NCBI GenBank assembly: GCA_963789265.1
Contig: CAWBKB010000005.1
Span: 320,001 to 384,000, forward strand
Length of the DNA stretch: 64,000 bases
From: an uncultured delta proteobacterium
GTDB lineage: Bacteria; Desulfobacterota; Desulfomonilia; Desulfomonilales; Desulfomonilaceae
Direction of reading: 5' to 3'
The notes under the pieces are model-generated. The model did not search any database. It was given only the letters and a program-made list of their open reading frames with translations, and was not told where the DNA came from. The stretch's first letter is position 1; every line of letters starts with the position of its first letter. Shown here piece after piece: positions 32,841-43,166 of this stretch. A program made the translations under genes and the position numbers.

Positions 32841-33089
32841 CGCAAGCTCTTTCGTACCAGCTCTTGAAATAGGCCCTTTCTTTGAGGTGGACCCCTCTGT
32901 GGGGAGCTCTGGAAGCCGTGATATCATTAGATAGGTGACGTTCACTCCGGCGGGGTGGGGTCACCCATTAGAGGGCCAAGGCGGGGCAGCCGCAACAACT
33001 CCGAGTGCAACATACCAGGGAAGAGGTCAGGGTGTCCGTGCTACGATTTTGACCAGTTGTCCGGTTGTCAGACAGCCTATTAAACGCGC

Positions 33090-33552
33090 CTACTCGTAAT
33101 ACCCGGCCCCAATATACAAATTTTCGCCCGGAACCCTCATAATGTAGGCTCGTTTGCGCGAAGGCTTTTTCTCGCCCGGCCTGGGCCACCAGTACGTTAT
33201 CCAACCTTTGCCCGGACCATTTGCGATCTCCTGCATTTTGACAAAGAGCAGGGTTCCCTTGCCGTCTTTGAACTTGCTGAGATCCTTTCCCCACAATCTC
33301 CTTGGCCTTGTATGGATGGGCCAGCGAAGTCACTTTGTCTAGGGACCCCGCAAACAGGTAGAGATCACCCTTGATGAACGGGCCCTTCGAGTCTCCGGTG
33401 GCCTTCAAGGTGGCTTGCACCCCTTTTGCCTTAACCATGTTTACGCCTGCCTGCACAAGCGCTTTCACTTCCGCGGCTTTGTCTGCCCTTGCGGGCCCCA
33501 CCAACAGCAGCCCGACAAGTAATATAGACCCTATCACTGCGAACTTCTTCAC
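33090..33552 (-). CDS. Exported single-Cache domain protein, frameshift near 33292
   Basis: Signal peptide and KGDLYLF..LAHP, continuing GKDLSKFKDGKG...GWITYWWPRPGEKKPSRKRAY...IGAGYYE. Confidence 0.8.
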
Positions 33553-33680
33553 AAGACTCTGCCTTCCGAATTTTTGTCATGCGCCTCACAACAACTGCGA
33601 GGAATGGTTTTTCTCGCCCCGAAAAAGCCGTGCATGCCACCTCACCCCCCTAGCGAGGCAAGGTCTATGGCTCCATTCGG

Positions 33681-36281
33681 CTATGACCTGTAAATCTTCA
33701 CTCTGGCACAAACATCCAATTGGCCCGACAAGGTATCCATATTATCCCAATCGAATGCCATCAAGGCGTTTGCGTTTGCTCCCTTTCCTCTAGCTATTTG
33801 CTTAGCTCGCGCCCACTGGCCGAATATGCCGAGTATCCCTACCACTTGGGGATGAACACATTCCGTTACTCTCACCGTGCCCTTTACCTTTCCGACTCTT
33901 GATTCAACCCAGATGACGTCCCCGTCTTGAATCTCCTTCTTTCTTGCAGTTTCGGTGTTGACAAGGATTTTCTGGTCCATCGGGTTACGTTTGCACACAT
34001 CATCGATCCATGGGTTGTCGGCGCCAAGCGAGTGGTAATTAAGAGCTATTTTGCTCGTAGACAAGAACAGGTCATACTCCTTTCCATCCTCTTCGTGCGC
34101 CCCGCAAGGATGCCATTCGGGCAGGGGATGATAATGCGAGACGTCCCACCAGTCCAGTCCTAATTCGCGGGTCACTTCCTCTACTTTCTTGCCGGCATCG
34201 ATAAAATGTTCAAAGTAGACCGGCAGCCTTTTCCCCTCTACCGGGCACGAACCATGATAAGATTCTTCAATCGTCTTTTCCCCGAGTATAAGGGCCGGCT
34301 CCTTGGCGGTAAACGTGTCCGGTGTGATCTCCTTTCCCGCCACAAGTGCCGTCATCTTGGCCATTCTCATGGCTATGTCTCCGATTGTAGGCTTGTCACC
34401 CGGTTGGAGCGCAAGAAATTCGATCATGCCAAGACCTGTGCGTCTATTGATTCTATTGTTGAGTTCATCCAGAATCCCTAAGCGTTCCGCAATATCAATA
34501 AGCGTCTGATTCCAGCACTGAACTCCGGGTGGCGGGTCCACTACGGGCTGACTTATCTGGAAGTACCAGTCCCCCGGTCCCGGTTTTACGAATCCCATGG
34601 GCAAATTGGAAGGAAACAACCAATACCTTTCCAAATCGTGTGCTTCCGGGAGGACGACATCGGCGAATTCCAAAGTCTCATCGATCTTCGTTCCAAACCC
34701 AAGGATGAATTCCATATTGAGTAGAGCTTGGGCCGTCTTTTTGGGCTCCGTGGTAGTTGCAACTGGATTGGTCCGGGAGATGATCAGTACTTTCGGCTTG
34801 TACGGAAGTTTGAACCTTTCAGGGTCGGCAAGCACGAACGTCGTGATGCTTGTGATGTAGCCGGACAGAGGAAACAGACTCCTGTAATCCACTGTTGCGG
34901 GAGGGGCGATCTCTCTGGCAGGGTAAGGCTTAAGAAAGCAGGAATAGGAGCCTTCTCCGCCTGACATCAGCTCAATCGCATTGTTGGATCGAAGACCGTC
35001 TTCGGATTTGACAACGTCCCATAAACCCGAAGGCCCTTTTGGATTGGTTCCCAGAACCCCTCCCACGACGTTGATGTTACCCACTATTATGTTTAGAAGC
35101 TGTAAAGAATGGCAGCTAAAGAAAGAGTTCCTGTGCTGATTTACACCCTTTTTGAATTCAACGCCGGCAGGCCTGTACGGAAGCCGGTGTCCCGCGATCG
35201 TTATGGTGCTCCCTATTTGAGCTGCTTTTCCGAACTCCATCGCGATTCGGGAAATGGTTTTTGCAGGCACTGTAGTAATCTTTGAGACCCGATCGAGATC
35301 ATAATTCTCTTCTATATGCTCTTTGATCAAGTCAAAAGCCGGCCTGCATTTAACATCACCTACGGTGTAGGTGCCCTCTATAGCATAGTCTCCGATGCTC
35401 TCATCGTCATAATCTCTCGGCTCCCCGTTAACGGAATCCCAAACCAAAGGCTTGCCGCTTTTCATGCTCCTTACGTAGTGTCCATTTTCGCCGATCAGAT
35501 ACGGGGAGTTTGTGGCTTTCTTGAGGTATTCTCGATCGTATATGCCCAGATCATTGATTAAGACGTTCAACATTCCTAAAGCCATGGCCCCGTCTGTTCC
35601 AGGGAGGATTGGAATCCATTCGTCTGCCTTGGCGGCCGCATGGCCGCAGATGGGATCTATAACCACCAGCTTTGCTCCGCGCCTCCGGGCATTGGCCATA
35701 TCCCTGGCATTGGCCAAAGGATTATTGTTTACGCCGTGCCCGAGTTGCGACCCCCAAAGCACTATGTAGTTGCAATAATCGAGGTCAATTTCCATATTTA
35801 CCGAGCCCACGGTAAGCTCGCAGAGAGTGTGAAGGCCGTTGCCGCATGAAACCGTGAAGTATTCGCAGTTTGGAGTACCGAATGCACCTCCGAATGCATG
35901 CGCTATGTTAGCGTTGTGCAGATCGAAATGGCCGATGACGAGTTCTCTCGGATCTTCCTCCCTGATTTTCTGAAGTTTTTCAACAATTATGTCCATGGCT
36001 TCTTCGCGGCTGATTTCAACCCATTTCGGGTCGACTCCTATCCCCTTTTGAGGGTTGGTCCTCTTGAGCGGTTTCGTTATCCGGTTAGGACTGTACAGTT
36101 CTACTAGTCTGGCTATCCCTTTTCCGCAGATCTTTCCGCGAGAGCTGGTCACCTTCGGCTCGCCTCTGATTTCAACGACCTTGCCACCCTTTGCCCTTGC
36201 CTGGATCGCGCAGGCATTGAAGCAACCGCTGCACGTTGTCGGGATCCATTCCCCTTCCTTGCTGATTTCAGGATCTAGCAT
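33681..36281 (-). CDS. Molybdopterin oxidoreductase catalytic subunit (DMSO reductase family), resembling phenylacetyl-CoA:acceptor oxidoreductase PadB
   Basis: N-terminal CSGCFNAC...CGKG Fe-S motif, no Tat signal, PGTDGA, TNSPYLIG..G..KPLVWD, AQIGSTITIAGHRLPYRP and a C-terminal MGD-binding domain. The PadB likeness is from motif recall, not a search. Confidence 0.88.
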   Translation of the reverse strand: MLDPEISKEGEWIPTTCSGCFNACAIQARAKGGKVVEIRGEPKVTSSRGKICGKGIARLVELYSPNRITKPLKRTNPQKGIGVDPKWVEISREEAMDIIVEKLQKIREEDPRELVIGHFDLHNANIAHAFGGAFGTPNCEYFTVSCGNGLHTLCELTVGSVNMEIDLDYCNYIVLWGSQLGHGVNNNPLANARDMANARRRGAKLVVIDPICGHAAAKADEWIPILPGTDGAMALGMLNVLINDLGIYDREYLKKATNSPYLIGENGHYVRSMKSGKPLVWDSVNGEPRDYDDESIGDYAIEGTYTVGDVKCRPAFDLIKEHIEENYDLDRVSKITTVPAKTISRIAMEFGKAAQIGSTITIAGHRLPYRPAGVEFKKGVNQHRNSFFSCHSLQLLNIIVGNINVVGGVLGTNPKGPSGLWDVVKSEDGLRSNNAIELMSGGEGSYSCFLKPYPAREIAPPATVDYRSLFPLSGYITSITTFVLADPERFKLPYKPKVLIISRTNPVATTTEPKKTAQALLNMEFILGFGTKIDETLEFADVVLPEAHDLERYWLFPSNLPMGFVKPGPGDWYFQISQPVVDPPPGVQCWNQTLIDIAERLGILDELNNRINRRTGLGMIEFLALQPGDKPTIGDIAMRMAKMTALVAGKEITPDTFTAKEPALILGEKTIEESYHGSCPVEGKRLPVYFEHFIDAGKKVEEVTRELGLDWWDVSHYHPLPEWHPCGAHEEDGKEYDLFLSTSKIALNYHSLGADNPWIDDVCKRNPMDQKILVNTETARKKEIQDGDVIWVESRVGKVKGTVRVTECVHPQVVGILGIFGQWARAKQIARGKGANANALMAFDWDNMDTLSGQLDVCARVKIYRS

Positions 36282-36336
36282 TGGTGCCTCCTTTTTTGTT
36301 TCTGTTTGGTAGATTCGAGAGTTGCTTTCGAGTAGA

Positions 36337-36546
36337 TCAGAGTTGCGCAAGATCCTGGGAAATCGCCTCGATTGTCTGCTGCGTAATACGGCCTCCAGAG
36401 AAGGGTATGATCTGGGCGAGCGTCATGCCCATTGCCAATTTTATCCGGGGGTCGGTCAACAATTCCGGGCAGTGCCTTTCGAGGACTGCCTTACCGCGTT
36501 CGTCGTCCAAAAGTGCCGAAATCTTCGATTCAACTGTGAGCGCCAT
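36337..36546 (-). CDS. Small helical hypothetical protein (69 aa), possibly DUF1858/ScdA-N-like
   Basis: AGGAGAGG RBS, in operon, pattern SKISALLDD..KAVLERHCPELL...MGMTL. Confidence 0.7.
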   Translation of the reverse strand: MALTVESKISALLDDERGKAVLERHCPELLTDPRIKLAMGMTLAQIIPFSGGRITQQTIEAISQDLAQL

Positions 36547-36638
36547 TTGTCCTCTCCTTTTTGTTAAATCATTGGGTTATTGGCCGTTACGGTTTTGTGG
36601 AAGGAATTGCCCCAGCGGTTGTACGAAACGAGCCCCTC

Positions 36639-37508
36639 TTACTGTTCGGATCTGTACTTTTGTTCCAGTTCCGTGTAGTAGGGAGCCTTCAGCCAGCTAT
36701 TCAACTGCTGAAAAGACATTGTCAACGCCTGGAAATCCCTTTGGCGACCGGTATCTTTGAGCCGCCCGACCTCCTCGTTGCAGGCTGTGATAGCTGCTGC
36801 TATGCACACCGCCGGAAGAATCACCAGCGCATATCCCATAGCTTTCAGCTCTTCCATGGAAAGATTTGGCGTCAAAGGAGCCATGTTGATCAGAAGCGGT
36901 TTCCCTCTCACTAGTCTTGGTATCTCTTCCATCTGCTCGCGTGTTTGCGGCGCTTCGACAAAAAGGATGTCCGCCCCGGCTTCGCCGTACTTTCGTGTAC
37001 GCTCGACCGCATCATCGAAACCGTTGCAGGCCAGGGAATCCGTACGGGCGATAATCAAAAAGTCAGAGCTTTGCCTGCTATCGACCGCGGCTTTGATCTT
37101 GGCGACCATGTCCTCAGCTCCTATCACTTTCTTGCCGCTCATGTGGCCGCATCTTTTCGGCCATTCCTGGTCTTCTATGTGAATGGCCGCGGCTCCGGCT
37201 TTTTCGTACTCTCGTACCGTGCGGACCATGTTCATAGGGTTGCCGTACCCGGTATCGGCATCGGCTATAAGAGGAATGTTCACCGCGTCGGCAATGCGTG
37301 CCGCATTCTGAACCATCTCCGTCATAGTTGCGAACCCCAGGTCGGGCAGACCGAGCATTGAGACGGAAGTGCCGTAGCCACTCATGTACAGGGCAGAAAA
37401 TCCGTGTGCCTCAACGATCTTTGCCGTCAGAGCATCATAGACTCCCGGTGCGACGACGAAACCTTCTTTTGCGAGCAATTCCTTCAGATTCTTCTTTGCA
37501 CTCATCAA
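36639..37508 (-). CDS. Isocitrate lyase/PEP mutase family C-C lyase (2-methylisocitrate or 2,3-dimethylmalate lyase-like)
   Basis: PGVYDAL, LPDLG, DADTGYG, HIEDQ, catalytic loop KRCGH and ARTD. Confidence 0.9.
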   Translation of the reverse strand: MMSAKKNLKELLAKEGFVVAPGVYDALTAKIVEAHGFSALYMSGYGTSVSMLGLPDLGFATMTEMVQNAARIADAVNIPLIADADTGYGNPMNMVRTVREYEKAGAAAIHIEDQEWPKRCGHMSGKKVIGAEDMVAKIKAAVDSRQSSDFLIIARTDSLACNGFDDAVERTRKYGEAGADILFVEAPQTREQMEEIPRLVRGKPLLINMAPLTPNLSMEELKAMGYALVILPAVCIAAAITACNEEVGRLKDTGRQRDFQALTMSFQQLNSWLKAPYYTELEQKYRSEQ

Positions 37509-37521
37509 TCATCCTCCCCAG

Positions 37522-38382
37522 TTATTCGTAGGCTCGCGGCGCAAGACGCAGTGACGGAAGCTGCTCGGGATCATGCCCGTAGATAACGCGAATATCCGGA
37601 AAACGGGTCAGCAGGGCCTTGAGTTGTTTGACGCTCTCCATTGCGCTCGCATAGTGGCCTATCGGAGGCAGCTCTTCTTCCAGGTTGCTCTTCCGGTGGG
37701 CGGCGTCGAAAGTCAGCAGAATCGGGCTTTGGGAATCATTCAAAAGGATCGACACGTGCCCCGGAGAATGCCCGGCCGTGCGAATGACAAATACAGAGCC
37801 GTCATTGAAGAAATCCGATACCGCGCCCAGCGGATGGATTGACAGGGGAAAGTCCAACGGACGGATATCGAAGCCGGCCAGATGCGCTCCTATATATCCT
37901 TTGAACAAACTGAAGCGGGATCGAGCTGTATCCATCTCAGAGCGATCGATATAGACCTTGACTCCCGGCTGCCCCTTGAATAGGGGGAGTCCGCTGGAAT
38001 GATCGAGATGCAGATGGGACAAGACTATATTTCGGATGTTGCTCACGGAGAGATTCATCAACTTCAACTGGCTGGCAACGTCCTTGCCTTTCTCCACCCT
38101 CGTCTTGACGATTCTTCCCAGAAGCGCTCCGAAATTCCCGCGTTTGCGCTCGGAAAAGCTCGGATGTAGCCCGGTGTCGAGCAGCAAATATCCTTGTTCG
38201 GGATGTTCGACCAGGTATGAGAAAACAGGATTGAATCTAGTATCTTTAGGTCTTGACTTAAAGCGGGGATCCTTTTTGTTGACATGGATGTTCCCGCTCA
38301 TATGCACATAACCGGTGTGCATAACGTAAAGCTTCAAGGGTACCCTTCGTTTGAAGTACTCATTCCAGCTTTTCAAGGTCAC
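37522..38382 (-). CDS. N-acyl-homoserine-lactonase-family MBL hydrolase
   Basis: LLDTG, SHLHLDHSSG (HxHxDH), GHSPGH, DAAH and GHD. Confidence 0.85.
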   Translation of the reverse strand: MTLKSWNEYFKRRVPLKLYVMHTGYVHMSGNIHVNKKDPRFKSRPKDTRFNPVFSYLVEHPEQGYLLLDTGLHPSFSERKRGNFGALLGRIVKTRVEKGKDVASQLKLMNLSVSNIRNIVLSHLHLDHSSGLPLFKGQPGVKVYIDRSEMDTARSRFSLFKGYIGAHLAGFDIRPLDFPLSIHPLGAVSDFFNDGSVFVIRTAGHSPGHVSILLNDSQSPILLTFDAAHRKSNLEEELPPIGHYASAMESVKQLKALLTRFPDIRVIYGHDPEQLPSLRLAPRAYE

Positions 38383-38506
38383 CTCCTCAACGTCGCCCGG
38401 TGCCCTGGAACGGCCGCCGATCTTTTCGATCGATGCGATGCCATCCCTCCAAAGAGGTTTCTCTCACGGGACCCCCAATCGGGGCCTGAATTCGTTTGGC
38501 GAAACC

Positions 38507-38998
38507 TCAATTGATTACTTCTTTCAAATATTCGAGTATTCCTCCCCTATCGAGTATTTGTTGCACCTCTTCGGACAGTGGCTCCCGTTGAAGATGCACA
38601 CTCGTGGTCAGGTTTTCGAGCTTGAATTCCTTTATCAATACCTGCCCTCTATGACCCTCTTCGAATATCTTCCGGGCTCCCTTGCAGGTCAGAACCGGCA
38701 GTCCGATAGCGATTGCGTTCCTGAAGAAGATTCGTCCGAATGACTCAGCCACCACGCATCCGATACCCGCCTGTTTTAGGGCGGATGGAGCATGTTCTCT
38801 CCTCGAGCCGCAGCCGAAGTTCTTTCCTGCGACAATAATGTCTCCTCGCTTCACTTCTGCGGCGAAGTTCGGCTTAACACTCTCGAGGACGTGTGAAACC
38901 ACTTGCTCCAAAGGAAGATCCAAATATTCTCCGGGCACAATGAGGTCAGTATCGACGTCATCTCCGAACACCCAAACCTTTCCCCGTATTATTTCCAC
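38507..38998 (-). CDS. Aconitase-family hydratase small subunit (LeuD/DmdB-like)
   Basis: [25 protein letters not shown] and [11 protein letters not shown]. Confidence 0.9.
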   Translation of the reverse strand: MEIIRGKVWVFGDDVDTDLIVPGEYLDLPLEQVVSHVLESVKPNFAAEVKRGDIIVAGKNFGCGSRREHAPSALKQAGIGCVVAESFGRIFFRNAIAIGLPVLTCKGARKIFEEGHRGQVLIKEFKLENLTTSVHLQREPLSEEVQQILDRGGILEYLKEVIN

Positions 38999-39008
38999 TT
39001 AAACCTCC

Positions 39009-40262
39009 CTAGATTTCTCTGGGATCTGTGATGCATCCATGAACGGCGGATGCAGCTACCGTCGCCGGCGAGGCTAGAAAGATCTCAGCCATGTCGCTTC
39101 CCATGCGGCCTTTGAAATTTCTGTTGGTACTGGATATGCATCTTTCTCCAGGGGCCAGAATTCCCATGTGCCCTCCGAAGCACGGGCCGCACCCGGGATT
39201 CAGAATAATTCCCCCTGAATCGATGAGCGTAGCGAGAGTTCCGTCATCCAGGGCCTGGCGATATACTTCCCACGACGCGGGGACGACCAGAAGACGAGTG
39301 CCCGAGTGAACCCTTCTTCCCTTTATGAGTTTGGCGGCAAGCTGGAGATCCTCCAGGCGGCCGTTGGTACACGACCCAAGTACGGCCTGTTGAATCTCTA
39401 TCGTTTCCAGATGAGACACCGGCTTTACATTGTTTACCGAATGGGGAAGAGACACCTGAGGCTCGATCTCCGAAAGATCGATCGTGTAAACTTCCGAAAC
39501 TGCTGCGTCTTCTTCATGAGCAAAGCATTCCAGTTCGTTTCCCGTCCGCTCGCGAAGGTAGTCAAGGGTGGTCTTGTCAGGAGCAAAAATGCCGAATTTC
39601 GCTCCAATTTCGACGGACATATTGCTAATTGTGAGGCGGCTGGCCAGGCTCATCTGCTCAACCGCGGGGCCCATGAATTCAACGGACTTGTACTGGGCCA
39701 TATCGGTCGAATAGTCTCCCGCGATCTTTAGAATCACATCCTTGGATGTAACCGGGAAGGACATGTTTCCCGAAAGGATGAATCGAATAGTTTCCGGAAC
39801 TCGAAACCACAGGCTGCCCGTTGCAAGTACATAGGCCATTTCGGAGACGCCTATGCCACAAGCGGCTGCTCCTAGTGCGCCGTAGGTGCAGGTATGGGAA
39901 TCAGTGCCGACGACCAATTCTCCTGGAAGCACGTGGCCTTTTTCTATCATGACCTGATGAGCAATCCCGGCGTTATGCTCATAAAACTTATTGATCCCGT
40001 ACTTCTTTACGCTCGCCCTGACCAACTGGTGGATGGCAGCGGCTCGCTGGGTCGGAGCTGGAACATAGTGATCCAGAACCACAACGATTCGATCGGGATC
40101 GCTGACTTTGGTCACACCAGCGGAAGCGAGCATTGAAGCAACCAAAGCAAAGGCTTCATGGCTGATGATTTTGTCTATTTTGGCAGTCACATATTCTCCG
40201 GGACTGACTTTCTCCCTGCCGGATGCTCTCGCCAGGATCTTTTCTGCAATGGTCTCTGGCAT
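39009..40262 (-). CDS. Aconitase-family hydratase large subunit (LeuC/DmdA/HacA-like)
   Basis: TIAEKILA, LDHYVP, DSHTCTYGA, GSCTNGR, CGPCFG and STNRNFKGRMG. Confidence 0.92.
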   Translation of the reverse strand: MPETIAEKILARASGREKVSPGEYVTAKIDKIISHEAFALVASMLASAGVTKVSDPDRIVVVLDHYVPAPTQRAAAIHQLVRASVKKYGINKFYEHNAGIAHQVMIEKGHVLPGELVVGTDSHTCTYGALGAAACGIGVSEMAYVLATGSLWFRVPETIRFILSGNMSFPVTSKDVILKIAGDYSTDMAQYKSVEFMGPAVEQMSLASRLTISNMSVEIGAKFGIFAPDKTTLDYLRERTGNELECFAHEEDAAVSEVYTIDLSEIEPQVSLPHSVNNVKPVSHLETIEIQQAVLGSCTNGRLEDLQLAAKLIKGRRVHSGTRLLVVPASWEVYRQALDDGTLATLIDSGGIILNPGCGPCFGGHMGILAPGERCISSTNRNFKGRMGSDMAEIFLASPATVAASAVHGCITDPREI

Positions 40263-40295
40263 AGATTGGTTTCCTCTTGGTTAAAAGTTTGTGAA

Positions 40296-40901
40296 TCAGC
40301 GGACGTAGTAAACTGAAGGATCGGTTCCTTTTGTCTGAAGAAGTTGATAACCATGCCGTCTCTTTATCAGTATGGATATCTCGCTTTCAGGATCACTCAA
40401 ATCTCCGAACACCCTGCAACTGGTGGGGCATACTTCCACACAGGCCGGCACTTCTCCCTTCTTGAGCCTGTCAGCGCAAAAATTACACTTCTGAACTACG
40501 CCCTTCAGGCCTCTCAACTCCGCGACATCATGGGGAAGCGGTGTGTCCGGAAAATAAAAGAGCTCTTCTTTGACATAGCTTCTGGCATCATACGGGCATG
40601 CCGGTATGCACGCCCTGCATCCTATGCATTTGTCGTAGTCGATAAGGACCAGTCCGTCTTCGGCTATGTGGGTGGCCCCGGTCGGGCAGACTCTTTCACA
40701 CGGAGGATCGGCACAATGATTGCAAAGCATCGGCACGAAAAGCCTTGTTACGTTTGGGTATTTGCCGGATTCCTTTTCCAGGACCTTGCACCAGAAGACA
40801 CCGGGCTGGGTGCCGTGCGCCGCCTTGCATGCCATGGTACAAGCATTGCACGAAATGCAGAGCCTCAGATCAATAACCATGCCGTATCTCATCATTTTCA
40901 C
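40296..40901 (-). CDS. 4Fe-4S dicluster electron-transfer subunit (DmsB/NrfC/PadC-like)
   Basis: Four Cys groups: CISCNAC..C, CNHC..PCERVCP, CIGCRACIPACP and KCNFC...CVEVCP. Confidence 0.92.
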   Translation of the reverse strand: MKMMRYGMVIDLRLCISCNACTMACKAAHGTQPGVFWCKVLEKESGKYPNVTRLFVPMLCNHCADPPCERVCPTGATHIAEDGLVLIDYDKCIGCRACIPACPYDARSYVKEELFYFPDTPLPHDVAELRGLKGVVQKCNFCADRLKKGEVPACVEVCPTSCRVFGDLSDPESEISILIKRRHGYQLLQTKGTDPSVYYVR

Positions 40902-40937
40902 GACCTCCTGCTTGTCATGCCGTCATCTCAGCGGAAG

Positions 40938-41803
40938 CTACCCGATTACCGGCTCATAAACGCCTGCTCTAAGAATGGCCAGCCTGGAGCAATAATCCCC
41001 TATAAGCCTCGATACCATCGCGATGAAAAAGGTTGTAGATGAAGCAGCATAGCCAGCGGCCCCGGCGGCCAATGCTGCCGGTAGAACTACTGCCAGAGGA
41101 ACGAAAATCCCCAACAGGACGGCACCCCCGAGGTGGAGCGGTATTAATCTGCCTTTTGTGAGCAACCTCACAGATTCGCGCGCCGCACTTGAGGATCTGG
41201 ATAGCACCATGACGTGGATTATCAGCAAGAAAAGAGTGCCGAAAAGCAAGATCAGATCGAGTGTGATGGGGTTGAAGGGTTTGACGACCGTGCTACCGCC
41301 AACCGAGAGGAGAAACAGCAACACCGAGGTGCCCGTGGTCAATGAATGGAAGAGAAACAGCAATGGGATAAGCGGGGTATTCCAAAATGGTATAGATGAC
41401 ATTGAGGAAACTACACAAAGCCCGTATAGATAACGGTCAGGAAGGCCAAGATGGCAAGCACTGTCCGAAATACGGGGGCAAAGGACGAGTTCCTGACGGA
41501 AGGAAAAAAGACATATAGAATTCCAAGTATACACAAGCAGCCGATAAACACGGATCCGCGGCTGATCCAGGCGCTGTTTGTCCCCGCCAGTGCCTTCCAC
41601 GATCTCATGGGGTTTCCGAGATCCAGAATCAGCGCAGCCACCCCCAGCAATACCATAATAAGGCCTGCGAGTAGCCCAAGTCTAAAATCGCATAGCAGTG
41701 AGAGTAGAAGCGTTGCCGCCCCGGCGCCTTCAAGAGTGAAATTGGCGGCAACGAGCAGATCGAATTCCTTGTTTGCTCTAAAACCAACCACGAATTCATT
41801 CAT
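40938..41803 (-). CDS. NrfD/DmsC/PadD-like membrane anchor subunit, frameshift near 41412
   Basis: LDLGNPMRSW..SAWISRG, YTGF, SIPFWNTP and R..ILRAGVY; two hydrophobic ORFs overlap in different frames. Confidence 0.85.
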
Positions 41804-41918
41804 AGCCGGAGTCCTCCCTTCCCTAGTTTAAACTCTTCACGAGATCCGTTTTATCCGGGCATACAGTTCTCCATACGCAGTGTTGTCTCTCGACTTGGAG
41901 GGCAGATGTCTGACTAAA

Positions 41919-41945
41919 AATATACTGGCGGTATACTATTGTCAA
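41919..41945 (-). promoter_or_regulatory. Operon promoter with operator copy 1 (AATATACT-GGC-GGTATACT)
   Basis: 8-3-8 palindrome directly downstream of a minus-strand TTGACA (41940-41945). Confidence 0.7.
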
Positions 41946-42033
41946 GGGATTTTTTGCTGCCGATAATCATTTATGATGTGCTCAAAAATAGACATCATGC
42001 CGATAGGAAGTCGATGTCACTCATTGTGAGCTT

Positions 42034-42052
42034 GATACACTGGTAGTATACT
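42034..42052. promoter_or_regulatory. Operator copy 2 (GATACACT-GGT-AGTATACT)
   Basis: Matches the AGTATACT-N3-AGTATACT consensus with one perfect half-site. Confidence 0.55.
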
Positions 42053-42343
42053 CAATAATGCCTGGTACGCACCCGCCGTGACTTCGGCATGCGCACATCT
42101 GCCTATTCCCCGGAATCGCATCCCGCAGCGCTCATACGGACCGGCAAAATCGACAGCGGATCGACTCAAAGGACACGTTGGACACGTAATCACAGACACG
42201 TCCGACACCTTTCCCCCCTCTTGCTCGCATTCCCGGACGTATGCCTTGTCTCCCCCTCACGGCAGGCTGGATGAGTCCATCCAGTGCCTTCGACATTCAG
42301 GCGGTCGTAGCTGCTGTGCCTGTTTTCATCGGGGGGTCCTTTC

Positions 42344-43042
42344 TTACACCGTAGCCGGATTATGAAACTTGCCATGTTCGGGCGAGTCCACCGGAGACGA
42401 GACGTTTTCTTGAGCCGGAGGACTTAGAAAAATCCCTTTCGAAATCAGTTGCAAAAACAGCTCATACAGGCCTTGGACCTCAACTCTCGCAATGTTGAGC
42501 TTGGCCTCTTTGTTTGTGTGAAATATGATCCCTTTTACATAGGCAGACATTGTATGGACGAGCAACTCTGGGTCGCACTTAACGATCAGGCCCTGATCCT
42601 GCCCTTGCTTGACGATCTTGGTGGCCGTTTCTATCATATCTCTGTTCCACAGACATATGCTCTGCGTCAGTTCCTGCGGTAGCTCGCCGTCGAATTCCTG
42701 GGAATCCAGGGTCCAGAAAAGGCGCATGAAAGACTGGTTATCCCGCGTAAAACAGAACTGAGTATCCATAATTCGAAGTATTTTTTCATCCGGCGGCAAG
42801 TCTTTGTGAGAGATCGTCAGGATCTGCTTGTGGAGCTTCTGAAGATAGTCTTCGAACATTTGAATGAAGAGAGCAAGTTTTGATGGGTAATAGCTGTAGA
42901 CGGTCCTCTTTGTGACTCCGGCATTCCTCGCTATTTCGTTTACAGTGATCGATCCGTATGGCTTATTTAAAAAAATCTCTTCGGCAGCCCTGATGATTGC
43001 CAACTGCTTCAGTTTCTTGTTGTATTCCTTCTTGGTGTTCAT
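42344..43042 (-). CDS. TetR/AcrR family transcriptional regulator
   Basis: IIRAAEEIF...ITVNEIARNAGVTKRTVYSYYPSK helix-turn-helix; start placed at MNTKKEY. Confidence 0.92.
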   Translation of the reverse strand: MNTKKEYNKKLKQLAIIRAAEEIFLNKPYGSITVNEIARNAGVTKRTVYSYYPSKLALFIQMFEDYLQKLHKQILTISHKDLPPDEKILRIMDTQFCFTRDNQSFMRLFWTLDSQEFDGELPQELTQSICLWNRDMIETATKIVKQGQDQGLIVKCDPELLVHTMSAYVKGIIFHTNKEAKLNIARVEVQGLYELFLQLISKGIFLSPPAQENVSSPVDSPEHGKFHNPATV

Positions 43043-43166
43043 CGAAATCTCCCGACCGGGCGAAACCAAAATTCCTTTGCCGGCCCGACTTGTTGAACGT
43101 AATATAAAGGGATCGAGTCGGATGCTTTCACCTAAGAAGACAGCCGGCTTATCGAACCCAACTTCT

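Noticed and set aside
37522..38382. Quorum-quenching role for the lactonase
   Set aside because: Family membership alone does not show AHL specificity; its position between hydratase and lyase genes points to catabolism.
38507..40262. Naming these genes leuC and leuD
   Set aside because: No leuA or leuB nearby and the context is catabolic, so the substrate cannot be assigned from motifs.
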